Shown here: positions 48,440-57,894 of the stretch, one piece after another | How the letters are laid out: every line of letters begins with the position of its first letter | Numbering within the stretch: position 1 is the first letter of the stretch | DNA from: an uncultured delta proteobacterium | Lineage (GTDB): Bacteria > Myxococcota_A > Polyangia > Polyangiales > Polyangiaceae | Reading direction: 5' to 3' | Assembly (NCBI GenBank): GCA_963716725.1 | Contig: CAVQUB010000001.1 | Coordinates: 1 to 64,000 of the forward strand | Length of the DNA: 64,000 nt | Translations under genes and position numbers: made by a program | Notes under the pieces: model-generated | What the model was told of the DNA's origin: nothing | Seen by the model: the letters and a program-made list of their open reading frames with translations, nothing else | Databases searched by the model: none

Positions 48440-49381
48440 TCAGCGCGTGACGGCCAGCGCCAGTAGGAAGACGGAATACACGATGACCAGGCCCGCGCCC
48501 TCGTAGCGTCGGATGCGCCGCTCCGTGTGCATGGCGATCACCGTGAGGACGGTGAGCACACCCATGAAGATCAGGTCGAGTCGCACGCCGCGGAGGGAGC
48601 CCTCCACCGGATGAGCGAGCGCTGTGACGCCCAGGATCAGAAGCACATTGAAGATATTTGAGCCGAGCACGTTGCCGACCGCGAGCTCCGAGTGCCCGCG
48701 GAGCGCCGCGACGAGCGAGGCCGCGAGCTCGGGCAGACTCGTACCGATCGCGACCACGGTGAGTCCCACCACGCGTTCGCTCATTCCCACTCGCAGGGCG
48801 ATCCCCACCGCCCCATCGACAAAGAGCTTGCCGCCTCCGAGCAGCACCGCCAACCCGACCACGACAAAGCCCATCAGCACCAACCTGCCCTGCTGCGGTG
48901 GCGGCGCTGATTCGCTGTGCCTCGGCGCGTCCTTGGGCGTCACCGCCCGGAGCGCGATGCGCGTGAACCAAGCGGCCCCGAGCAAGAGCAGCGCACCGTC
49001 GAGCCGCCCGATGACCCCGTCCCGGAGCAGCAGTGGCAGCGCCGCCGCCGAGAGCATCACCGCGGGTAGTTCACGCCTCATCAATCCGCCCTGGACGTTC
49101 GGCGGAGAAATGATCGCGGTGATGCCCAGGATCAGGCCCATGTTGGCAATGTTCGAGCCGACCACGTTGCCGAGGGCCAGCGCGCTCTTGCCCTCGAAGG
49201 CCGCGACCAGACTCACCATCAGCTCGGGCATGCTGGTCCCGTAGGCCACGACCGTGAGGCCGACCGCGAGCGGCGAGACGCCCATCGCTCGGGCCAGGCC
49301 CGAGGCCCCCTTCACGAGCCACTCGGCCCCGAAGTACAGGCCGGCCCCGCCGAGGGCCAGAAAGAGCAGGTGCAGCGTCAC
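48440..49381 (-). CDS. calcium/sodium antiporter (YrbG/CaCA family)
   Basis: Two alpha repeats: GTSMPE...GNVVGSNIAN and GTSLPE...GNVLGSNIFN. Confidence 0.93.
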   Translation of the reverse strand: MTLHLLFLALGGAGLYFGAEWLVKGASGLARAMGVSPLAVGLTVVAYGTSMPELMVSLVAAFEGKSALALGNVVGSNIANMGLILGITAIISPPNVQGGLMRRELPAVMLSAAALPLLLRDGVIGRLDGALLLLGAAWFTRIALRAVTPKDAPRHSESAPPPQQGRLVLMGFVVVGLAVLLGGGKLFVDGAVGIALRVGMSERVVGLTVVAIGTSLPELAASLVAALRGHSELAVGNVLGSNIFNVLLILGVTALAHPVEGSLRGVRLDLIFMGVLTVLTVIAMHTERRIRRYEGAGLVIVYSVFLLALAVTR

Positions 49382-49479
49382 CGGGCCATCAAAACTCGCG
49401 CCGCGAGTCCTGCGCAAGCGATACCGGCTCACCTGGGCCGGAGCTGAGATAGCTATACTTCCTGCTGCTGAGGGCAGGG

Positions 49480-50856
49480 ATGACGACCAGACTGAAGTGT
49501 GGAGTTGTCGGCGCCCTGCTCGTCTTCGGGTGTGCGCGGTGGCCGAGCGCTCCGGTCGGTGTCGGCGCCAATGTGCCCAAGGCCCAGGGGCCGGCGGCGG
49601 AGGTCCCGGCTGCGCCTGCCGAGCAAACCTGCTTCGAGCCCGCTGCCAAGGGTGAACGGTCCGGCGTCGGCGGCGTCGTGCATTGCGAAGTGGCGGCGTC
49701 CCGCAGCTACTGCGTCGCCGAGAGCGCGCTTCGAAAGCCCGTGATCGTGCAACTCGGTGCGACCGGAGCCCTGGTCGAGACGTCGATTCCAGCGCGCACG
49801 GAGCACGTCGCCCAAGAGAGCGCGTCGAGCCTGCGTTTCTTGACGGACGGCAAGCCGCCGCGCTGGTTCACCGTCGACCTCTCGAATCCCGATCTGCCAG
49901 AAGTCAGCGCTGCGGTGGAGGTTCCGGGGCTCGAGCATGCGGGTGCGCTCAAGGCGTTTGCGTCCGACGGCGCTCGTGCCTTGGTTGGTCGGTACCTCAT
50001 CGACTACGCCACGAAGCCCACGAGGTACTACGGAGAGACGGCGCTCTACTCCGTCCACGACGGCAAGCGCACCGGCGCGGTAGTTCCCCTCACTGCGTGG
50101 AGCGGGGTGTGTCGCCGCGGGACCTGCCTGGCCGTAGCCAGTGGGGAAGGCGTGGCGGCGCCCTTCGAGGTCTTGAAGATCGACGACGCGGGCTCCGAAC
50201 GCCTCGGGCAGCTAGACCGCAACTGCGGCGGATTTGCGCAATGGGTGGACGGCGAGCGGTGGATCATCGCGAGGCCGTTGAAGGCCGGTATCGAGCTCGT
50301 TGCCGTCGATTTCGGGTCGCCTCGGCTCGTCAGGAAGCGCGTCTCCCTCACCGCCGAGTGCCCGGAGATCCGTCACGCGGTCTTCGCCGGGCGATCGGGG
50401 GTCGTGTTGCGCACTGCCGACCGCGGGAGCGTCTTCGTGCCCGTGTCGAGCCAGCTCGCTGCAGGCGCGCCTGAAGCGCTGCCGCGCAGCGACAGCAGCG
50501 AGCGATCGTTCGCTCCCCTCGTGCATGGCGCCCTGATGGTCGAGCAGACCATCGGCGGCGGAATGCGGCACTCGCCCACCGACAGCCGGGGGATCCGCCG
50601 CTACTACCGGACCTGGAGCTTCGATGGTCGAGCTGAGCTGCTGCGAGCAGGCGCCGGCGCCCGGAGCTGGAAGAGCGCCGGATCCATCGGCCTGCCCCAC
50701 AGCGGTGAAGACGGAGAGTTCAGCTACGGATTTCGCGCACACCCGCTGGTGCGGCCCGGCTTCGCCGCGGTATTCGTGGACGATCGACCTGGCGGCGAGA
50801 GCGAAGTCTTGGTGGTGGGGCGTCCCTGCCGTCGATCAGTCCAGAGCGACCGATAG
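49480..50856 (+). CDS. hypothetical lipoprotein
   Basis: LLVFGC lipobox; long beta-rich ORF. Confidence 0.6.
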   Translation: MTTRLKCGVVGALLVFGCARWPSAPVGVGANVPKAQGPAAEVPAAPAEQTCFEPAAKGERSGVGGVVHCEVAASRSYCVAESALRKPVIVQLGATGALVETSIPARTEHVAQESASSLRFLTDGKPPRWFTVDLSNPDLPEVSAAVEVPGLEHAGALKAFASDGARALVGRYLIDYATKPTRYYGETALYSVHDGKRTGAVVPLTAWSGVCRRGTCLAVASGEGVAAPFEVLKIDDAGSERLGQLDRNCGGFAQWVDGERWIIARPLKAGIELVAVDFGSPRLVRKRVSLTAECPEIRHAVFAGRSGVVLRTADRGSVFVPVSSQLAAGAPEALPRSDSSERSFAPLVHGALMVEQTIGGGMRHSPTDSRGIRRYYRTWSFDGRAELLRAGAGARSWKSAGSIGLPHSGEDGEFSYGFRAHPLVRPGFAAVFVDDRPGGESEVLVVGRPCRRSVQSDR

Positions 50857-51471
50857 CAGCGTGACCTGATGACCGATGGAGCTGGTCTCGATCAACGCGG
50901 CGCTGGCGACGGCGCCCGAGGGATTCTCGCCGACGCTGCCGACGCCCACGATGTGCACGTCAGGAAGCATTCGCTCGAAGGGCACGTGGCAGCCACCGCA
51001 GACGACGATGTCAGCCATGTCTTCCCCGACCAGCGCGTTCATCTCTTCGTCGGTCAGCTCCGGTGAGAACGGTTCGGTCGGATCGGTGGGGCAGCCGTGG
51101 ACCACCAGCAGCTCGTCGTCGTTCTCCAGCGGGATACGCGCCATGGCTGGCAGTTTCGAGACGCGCGCGATGATCAACTCGCCCACCTCACGGTGCACGG
51201 CCCGGAGGCGCGCGATGCGCTGGCGCTCGTCGCTGGTGGTCGCGGAGAGCTTGTCCGGATCGACGCGCACGAGCGCCCGATCGCCGAGGCCCTGGACGCA
51301 CACGGCCTTGTGCTCGGTGAGCAGCTTCCAGACCTCGAGGGGCTCCGGACCGGGAAAGAGGTGGTCGCCACAGGCCACGAGCTGATCGAAGCCGAGCCCG
51401 CTCGCGTACTCGAGCACGCTCTGAAGGGCCTTGGCATGACCGTGGATATCGGAGACACACAGGAAGCGCAT
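50836..51471 (-). CDS. metallophosphoesterase family protein with atypical motifs
   Basis: SDIHG, CGD, VHG.P, G.GSVG; GNH and GHxH motifs altered. Confidence 0.8.
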   Translation of the reverse strand: MRFLCVSDIHGHAKALQSVLEYASGLGFDQLVACGDHLFPGPEPLEVWKLLTEHKAVCVQGLGDRALVRVDPDKLSATTSDERQRIARLRAVHREVGELIIARVSKLPAMARIPLENDDELLVVHGCPTDPTEPFSPELTDEEMNALVGEDMADIVVCGGCHVPFERMLPDVHIVGVGSVGENPSGAVASAALIETSSIGHQVTLLSVALD

Positions 51472-51531
51472 GGTGAGACTCACGCTCTAGCAGAGCCCGT
51501 CTCCCCTGGCGATCCGTGCTAGTCCGCCTCG

Positions 51532-54417
51532 GTGTCGTCCGAGAGTCTCCTGGCCCGCGCGCGCACCATCGATCCGGCTCGCGCCAAGAGCCGTGAGCGA
51601 GAGCTGGGCGGCTCCCGCGCGGTCGCGGTGCTGTTGTCGACCGCGTTTTCGCCGCTGCGCCCCGCCTTCGGCTGGCAGATCGACGCGCTCGACGAGATCG
51701 GTCGGGCGGGCTGGCGAGGGCGGCGCCAGCGCTCCGATCTGCTGGCACGCCTCTGGGCGACTGTCGGAGCGCTCGAGGACCCCGATGCCGTTCAGGCGCG
51801 CCTGCGGCGTGCGGTCTGGACCGAGCGCGCACGCATCGCGCTGCGCGAGCTGCTGCCGCCGCGGCTCGGCGGAGCCAGCATCGACGTCACCGCCGCGGAG
51901 CTGAGCGATCTGGCCGAGGCGGCCCTCGAGGTGGCGCTGGCCGAGGCCCACCAGCACGTGAGCGCGCGCTTTGGCGAGCCTCGACTCGACTCGGGTGAGC
52001 GCTCAGCCGTGGTGTGTCTCGGGATGGGCAAGCTCGGCGGCAGCGAGCTCAATGCCGGATCCGACGTCGACTTGATCTTCGTCTACGACAGCGATGAAGG
52101 TGCGGCGGGGGAGATCACGCTGCACGACTACTGGACCCGAGTGGTGCGTCGCGCCGTCGGCACCATCGAGACGCCGACCGCCGATGGTTTTGTCTGGCGC
52201 GTCGACTTGCGGCTCAGGCCCGAGGGGTCCCAAGGGCCCATCGTCAACAGCGTAGCGGCCACGGAGCGCTACTACGAGACTTGGGGTCGTTTGTGGGAGC
52301 GGGCCGCGCTCCTGCGTGCGCGGCCGGTCGCGGGCAGCGTCGAGCTCGGCAAGCTGCTCGAGCGGGAGATCATCGGTCCCTTCGTATTTCGGAGAGAGCT
52401 CGACCCCGCCATCGCCGGAGCCCTGTCTTCATTGGTGGAGCAGTCGCGGGCTGAGCTGTCGACGGATCCCGCGCGCGACGTGAAGCTGGGGCCGGGTGGG
52501 ATCCGCGAGGCGGAGTTCTTCGTGCAGAGTCTGCAGCTCTTCTGGGGCGGAAGAGAGCCGAGCCTGCGGGTCACCGGCACCCTGCCGGCGCTCAACCGCC
52601 TCCGTGCACGCGGCCTGGTCACCGATCGCGAGGTGCGCGGGATCGCTTCGGCGTATCGCCTCTTGCGCCGGGTCGAGCACCGGATCCAGTGGATGACCGG
52701 GGTCCAGACCCACAATCTGCCCAAGGACGAGCACGAGCTCGAGTTGCTCGCCCGCACCTTCGAGTATCCCGACGGCGCGGCGCTCATGGACGAACTCGGC
52801 GCTGCGCGCGCGCGTGTGCATCGCCTGTTCCGGTCGCTCACCCCAGACGGCCCGCCGCCGCTCGCGCGCCACCACGTCCTGATCCAGCGGCTCGACGCCG
52901 GCGATTCGTCTCTGGGTGAGATCGTGGAGCAGACCTTTGGCAGTCCGGAGGTCGCAGAACATCTGCGTGCTCTGGCGCGACGCCCCGACGAACTCCTGGG
53001 TGCGCTCACCCGCGAGCGTCATCCGGAGCTTGCGGACCAGGTGCTCGACGGAATTGCCGAGTCACCCGATCCCGAGCAGGCCGCGCGCACGTTGCGCTCC
53101 TTGCTCGGGCGTTTCACCCACTCCGGCGCGTACGTCACGCTCTTGGCGGAGGATCCTCGGGCGCTGGCCCGACTGCTCTGGGTCGTCGGAGCCAGCGCCT
53201 TCGTGAGTGACGCCGTCGTCAGCCGGCCCGAGCTCGCGGACATCGTGCTCTTCGGACGCGACGGTCTGCCGGATCCTCGTCAAATCGTCGCTGCAGAAGT
53301 GGCGGCTGCCGAGAGCGCGGGGCGCGACGATCCCTTCGAGCGGCGCGACGAGTTCGTGCAAGCCACTCGGCGCGCCAAACGCCGGGTCATGGTCGAGGTC
53401 GCGGTGGCGGACCTCGCCGGTATCCTCTCGACGCGCGACGCCACGCGCCTGCTCTCTCAGCTCGCCGACGAGACGCTGGAGCACGCCGTGCGTTTCGAAA
53501 TGGGCGGCGAGCCACGCGGCCTCGCCGTCATCGCCGTCGGCAAGCTTGGCGGACGCGAGATCGGCTACGGCTCCGACCTCGACGTGCTCTTCGTCTACGA
53601 ACCCTCCGCGGCTCCCCCGGACAAGGATCCCGGAGAGCACTTCGTACGTGTCGCGCAGCGCATCATTCGGCTGATCAGCGAAGCGCACCCGGCCGGCCCT
53701 GGCTACGAGCTGGACACGCGCCTCAGGCCGTCGGGCTCCCATGGCATGCTCGTCACGTCGCTCGCCTCGTTTGCGCGGTACCACGGAGTTTCTCTCTCGT
53801 CCGACGACGCCGGCCCGGCCGTGCAGTCTTCGGGCGCGGCCTGGGAACGGCAAGCGCTGATCCGCGCACGCGGCTCTGCCGGCGATCCAGCGCTGGTTCA
53901 AGCGGTGATGCGTGCGGCGGCGCAAGCGGCCTACGAAGCAGGCCCGCCACCCATCGAAGACATGCACCGTCTTCGGCTGCGAATGGAGGTCGAGCTCGGG
54001 CGCGAACGCGAAGGCCGCTACGATTTGAAGACCGGCCGCGGCGGGCTGCTGGACATCGAGTTCATGACTCAGTGGCTTCAGATGAGTCACGGCAAGGACA
54101 CGCGCGTGCGTTCGCCGGACACCGGGGAAGCGCTCGAGGCCCTAGCCACCTGCGGATACTTGCCCCGATCCGAGTACGAGACGCTCCGCGAAGCCTACGC
54201 GTTCTTGCGGCGTTTGGAGCAGCGCATTCACATTTTGCACGCAACGGGGGCCACGGTGCTCGACGTGCGTGCGCCGGGCCTCACACAGCTGGCGCGTCGC
54301 ATGGGAATGCACGACACCGCGCGCAGGGGCGGCGTCGACGAGCTGCTGGAGCGCTATCGTGACGTTGCCGAAGCCGTACGCGGCGCCTACGAACGAACGC
54401 TCGGCATCGCGCCCTGA
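51532..54417 (+). CDS. glnE: glutamine synthetase adenylyltransferase/adenylyl-removing enzyme
   Basis: Two NTase domains: GMGKLGGSELNAGSDVD...VDLRLRPEG and GKLGGREIGYGSDLD...LDTRLRPSG; WER..L.RAR. Confidence 0.93.
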   Translation: MSSESLLARARTIDPARAKSRERELGGSRAVAVLLSTAFSPLRPAFGWQIDALDEIGRAGWRGRRQRSDLLARLWATVGALEDPDAVQARLRRAVWTERARIALRELLPPRLGGASIDVTAAELSDLAEAALEVALAEAHQHVSARFGEPRLDSGERSAVVCLGMGKLGGSELNAGSDVDLIFVYDSDEGAAGEITLHDYWTRVVRRAVGTIETPTADGFVWRVDLRLRPEGSQGPIVNSVAATERYYETWGRLWERAALLRARPVAGSVELGKLLEREIIGPFVFRRELDPAIAGALSSLVEQSRAELSTDPARDVKLGPGGIREAEFFVQSLQLFWGGREPSLRVTGTLPALNRLRARGLVTDREVRGIASAYRLLRRVEHRIQWMTGVQTHNLPKDEHELELLARTFEYPDGAALMDELGAARARVHRLFRSLTPDGPPPLARHHVLIQRLDAGDSSLGEIVEQTFGSPEVAEHLRALARRPDELLGALTRERHPELADQVLDGIAESPDPEQAARTLRSLLGRFTHSGAYVTLLAEDPRALARLLWVVGASAFVSDAVVSRPELADIVLFGRDGLPDPRQIVAAEVAAAESAGRDDPFERRDEFVQATRRAKRRVMVEVAVADLAGILSTRDATRLLSQLADETLEHAVRFEMGGEPRGLAVIAVGKLGGREIGYGSDLDVLFVYEPSAAPPDKDPGEHFVRVAQRIIRLISEAHPAGPGYELDTRLRPSGSHGMLVTSLASFARYHGVSLSSDDAGPAVQSSGAAWERQALIRARGSAGDPALVQAVMRAAAQAAYEAGPPPIEDMHRLRLRMEVELGREREGRYDLKTGRGGLLDIEFMTQWLQMSHGKDTRVRSPDTGEALEALATCGYLPRSEYETLREAYAFLRRLEQRIHILHATGATVLDVRAPGLTQLARRMGMHDTARRGGVDELLERYRDVAEAVRGAYERTLGIAP

Positions 54418-54531
54418 CGCTCCAAGCGAAGGGATCCGAAGGGCCGTCCGCCGGCAGCGCGAGGCTCTTGCTCTCCCGACCGGCGGGCGGCTCTTGCACG
54501 ACCCGCGGACCCGGCGCAACCTTGGGCGCTG

Positions 54532-56376
54532 GTGACCACCCCTCGCGCTCAGAACGCTCCGCGCGCGCTTTCGCTGGAGATCCTGTGTCGCGTGCTCGAG
54601 AACGCACGCCTGCTCACGCCGGAGCAGCACCGCGAAGCCGTCGTGCGGCAGGACAAGGAACGGGCCAAGGTGCTGCGCGCCAAGACCGGCGTCGCCCGGA
54701 CCAGGCGCCGCGGCGCCGAGGAGCCGGTGCACCCGGCCGAGGTGCTGGTGGCCATGGGCTTTGGCGCGGGAGGCGACCCACGCTTCCCACTCACCGAGCG
54801 CACCATCATGCAAGCCCTCGCGGCCGATGTCGGCTTGCCCTTCATCGATCTGGATCCGCTCGAGCTCGACGCCAAGTTGGCGCCCCAGTATCTGTCGCGC
54901 CCCTTCGCCAAGAAACACGGCGCGCTGGTGATCGCGGCCGATCCCACCACGGTCACCGTGGCGGTCAGCGATCCGCTGGACGCACAGCTCGCGGACGACA
55001 TCCGCACCTACGTGAAGCGCGAACCCAAGACGGTGCTCGCGACGCCCAGCGACGTGGGTCGGCTGATCGCGGAGTTCTACGGGTTCCGCGGCGCCGTGAC
55101 CGCGGCGGCGGAGGAGATCGCATCGCCGGGCGTGGACATCGGAAACCTCGAACGTTACGTGCAGCTCAAGCGCGTCGAGGAAATCGACGCCGCGGACAGC
55201 CACGTGGTCTCGGCGGTCGAGTACCTACTGAACTACGCCCTCGATCAGCGGGCCAGCGACGTGCACTTCGAGCCTCGACGCGACCAGAGCATGGTGCGCA
55301 TGCGCATCGACGGCGTACTGCACCGCGTGCATTCACTGCCCAAGGTCGTGCATCCGGCAGTGATCAGCCGGATCAAAACCCTGGCGCGGCTCGACATCGC
55401 CGAAAAGCGTCGCGCCCAGGACGGGCGCATCAAGATGGCGCGCGGCGACCGCGAGGTCGAGTTGCGCGTGTCGACGGTGAGCGTGGCCTTCGGGGAGAAG
55501 CTCGTGCTTCGCGTATTCGACCCGGAGGTGATGGTGCGCGACCTCGCCGACATCGGCCTGCTCCCGGAGCAGCTCGTGCCCATCGAGCGAGCCATCGCGC
55601 GCACCAGCGGTTTGGTTCTGGTCACCGGCCCCACCGGCAGCGGCAAGACGTCCACGCTGTATGCGACGCTGCGCGCGGTCGCGAGCCCGGAAATCAACGT
55701 CGTCACCATCGAAGACCCGATCGAGATCGTTCTCGAAGAGCTCAACCAGATCGCGGTGCAGCCCAAGATCGGACTCACCTTCCCCGAAGCGCTGCGGACG
55801 GTTCTCCGACAAGATCCTGATGTGATCATGGTGGGCGAGATCCGGGACTCGGAGACCGCGACCATCGCTGCCCAAGCCGCGCTCACCGGGCACCTGGTGA
55901 TCGCCACCCTGCACACGAACGATGCGCCGACCGGGGTGACGCGTTTGCTCGAACTCGGGGTGGACCCGTTCGTGCTCGCTTCGACGCTGGTGTGTGTGGC
56001 GGCGCAGCGTCTGCTGCGCTTGGTTTGTCCCGACTGTCGCGTCGAGACCTTCCTGCTCCGAGATCAGATGGCGATGTTGGGGGTGGACGTGGACGCCCTC
56101 GACGCGGGGGGCGACTTCCGCGAGCTGATGGTTCCAGAAGGCGAGGGCTGCGTGCGCTGCCGAAACACGGGGCTCTACGGCCGCACCGGCGTGTTCGAGG
56201 TGATGGAAGTGGATGACAAGATCCGGAGGATGATTTCTGTGGGCGCCAGCGCCAAAGAGATGATGCGCCAGGCGCGCGACGACGGGCTGATGACCTTGCG
56301 CGAGGGCGCGATCAAGAAGCTCGCCCGGGGACTCACGACCTTCTCGGAGGTGCTGCGGGTGACGACGGAGGCATGA
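54532..56376 (+). CDS. GspE/PilB-family secretion ATPase
   Basis: ASDVHFEP, R.RIDG, AQDGR, GPTGSGKT, TIEDPIE, LRQDPD.IMVGEIRD, TGHLV..TLH, CxxC...CxxC. Confidence 0.95.
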   Translation: MTTPRAQNAPRALSLEILCRVLENARLLTPEQHREAVVRQDKERAKVLRAKTGVARTRRRGAEEPVHPAEVLVAMGFGAGGDPRFPLTERTIMQALAADVGLPFIDLDPLELDAKLAPQYLSRPFAKKHGALVIAADPTTVTVAVSDPLDAQLADDIRTYVKREPKTVLATPSDVGRLIAEFYGFRGAVTAAAEEIASPGVDIGNLERYVQLKRVEEIDAADSHVVSAVEYLLNYALDQRASDVHFEPRRDQSMVRMRIDGVLHRVHSLPKVVHPAVISRIKTLARLDIAEKRRAQDGRIKMARGDREVELRVSTVSVAFGEKLVLRVFDPEVMVRDLADIGLLPEQLVPIERAIARTSGLVLVTGPTGSGKTSTLYATLRAVASPEINVVTIEDPIEIVLEELNQIAVQPKIGLTFPEALRTVLRQDPDVIMVGEIRDSETATIAAQAALTGHLVIATLHTNDAPTGVTRLLELGVDPFVLASTLVCVAAQRLLRLVCPDCRVETFLLRDQMAMLGVDVDALDAGGDFRELMVPEGEGCVRCRNTGLYGRTGVFEVMEVDDKIRRMISVGASAKEMMRQARDDGLMTLREGAIKKLARGLTTFSEVLRVTTEA

Positions 56377-57827
56377 GCGTGGGCGCTCTGGCGGACATCG
56401 AGGACCTGCTCCGGCGCCGGGTCGGCGCAGGGTTCCCCATCGTGGCCATCGAGACCCGCGAAGAGGAGCGGGCGCTCGGGCTCGTTCGTAGTGTTCTGAG
56501 CGGGCGCGTCGTCGAGCGATGGACGGCGACTCGCGGCGGCGCCGCGGCGGTGGACGATTTGGTGCGGAGCATCCTCGAAGCTGGGGAAGACCCGGCTCGG
56601 GTGCTGGTGGCGCTCGACGTTCATCGCTGGCTTTCCGACGCCAGGGTCGCGCGCGCCTTGCGGGACTTCGTGGCGGGCTTCGCCTCACCCGCTCCTCCCG
56701 TCGTGCTGGTGGCGCCGGCCTTCGAGTTGCCCACGGAACTCGAGCGAGACGTCGCCGTGGTGCCGCTGCCCCTGCCGAGGGAACCCGAGCTCCAGGCCGC
56801 CCTGGACGCCGTGATTCAAGAGCAACCGGCGCCCGTGCTCGGGGAGCGGGAGCCTTTGCTTCGCGCCGCGCGGGGCATGACCCTGCTCGAAGCCGAGCGG
56901 GCGTTTCGCGACGCGGCCCAGGCGAGTTCGTCCGCCGAGGCGGCGGCGCGGGTGGGCAGCGAGAAGCAACGGGTGCTGCGCAGCCGAGCCACGCTCGAGC
57001 TCGTCGAGGCGCAGATCCAACTCGAACAGGTGGGCGGCCTCGGGGTCCTGAAGGCGTGGCTCAGGCAGCGGGTGTTGGCGTTTTCGGATCGCGCGCGGGC
57101 CTTCGGGCTCGACGAGCCTCGCGGCATGCTCGTTTGCGGCGTCCAAGGTTGTGGCAAGTCTTTGGTGAGCAAGGCTGCGGCGGCGGCCTTGGGCTTGCCG
57201 CTCGTGCGCCTCGACTTCGCCGCGGTGTTCGCGGCCGTCTCGCCCGAGCTCGCGCTGCGCGACGGCCTGTTGGCGGTGGAGGCCGTCGCCCCCGTCGTCC
57301 TCTGGGTCGACGAGATCGAGAAAGGTCTCGGAGGCGATCCGGGCGACGCGCGGCTCGGGCGTACCTTCGGCGCATTCCTGACCTGGCTCCAAGAGCGTCG
57401 TGCGCCAGTTTTTGTCGCAGCTACCGCCAACGAAGTCGACCGGCTGCCGCCCGAGCTCGCCCGGCGAGGTCGCTTCGACGAGATCTTCTTCGTGGATCTG
57501 CCGTCCGCGAAGGACCGCGAGGAGGTCTTACGCGTTCACCTGTCGCGCCATGGGCGGGACCCGGGCGCTTATGCGTTGATCGAGGTGGCACGGCGACTCG
57601 ACCGCTTCTCCGGCGCCGAGATCGAGCAGGTCGTCTCGAGCGCGTTGTTCCGGGCCTTTTCGGCCGAACGGGAGCTCGCGCAGGCCGATCTCGACGCGGC
57701 GGCCGGTGAGATCATCCCGCTCGCGGTGCTCTACGAGGAACGCGTTCAGGCTCTGCGCAGGTGGGCCGAGACGCGGGCGCGAAGGGCCTCGGCCGACCGG
57801 CGGACCATCGAGCTCTTCGAGCCCTGA
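56373..57827 (+). CDS. AAA+ ATPase, Ycf46-like
   Basis: ETREEER N-terminus, [41 protein letters not shown]. Confidence 0.88.
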   Translation: MSVGALADIEDLLRRRVGAGFPIVAIETREEERALGLVRSVLSGRVVERWTATRGGAAAVDDLVRSILEAGEDPARVLVALDVHRWLSDARVARALRDFVAGFASPAPPVVLVAPAFELPTELERDVAVVPLPLPREPELQAALDAVIQEQPAPVLGEREPLLRAARGMTLLEAERAFRDAAQASSSAEAAARVGSEKQRVLRSRATLELVEAQIQLEQVGGLGVLKAWLRQRVLAFSDRARAFGLDEPRGMLVCGVQGCGKSLVSKAAAAALGLPLVRLDFAAVFAAVSPELALRDGLLAVEAVAPVVLWVDEIEKGLGGDPGDARLGRTFGAFLTWLQERRAPVFVAATANEVDRLPPELARRGRFDEIFFVDLPSAKDREEVLRVHLSRHGRDPGAYALIEVARRLDRFSGAEIEQVVSSALFRAFSAERELAQADLDAAAGEIIPLAVLYEERVQALRRWAETRARRASADRRTIELFEP

Positions 57828-57894
57828 GCGGCGGATCCCTGCCAAGGACCAAGTAGCGCTGTCCGAGCGCCGACTTCGGGCTAGAATGCGGGCG

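Noticed and set aside
54443..54492. GC-rich stem after glnE as a terminator
   Set aside because: Long loop, no U-tract, and expected by chance at this GC content
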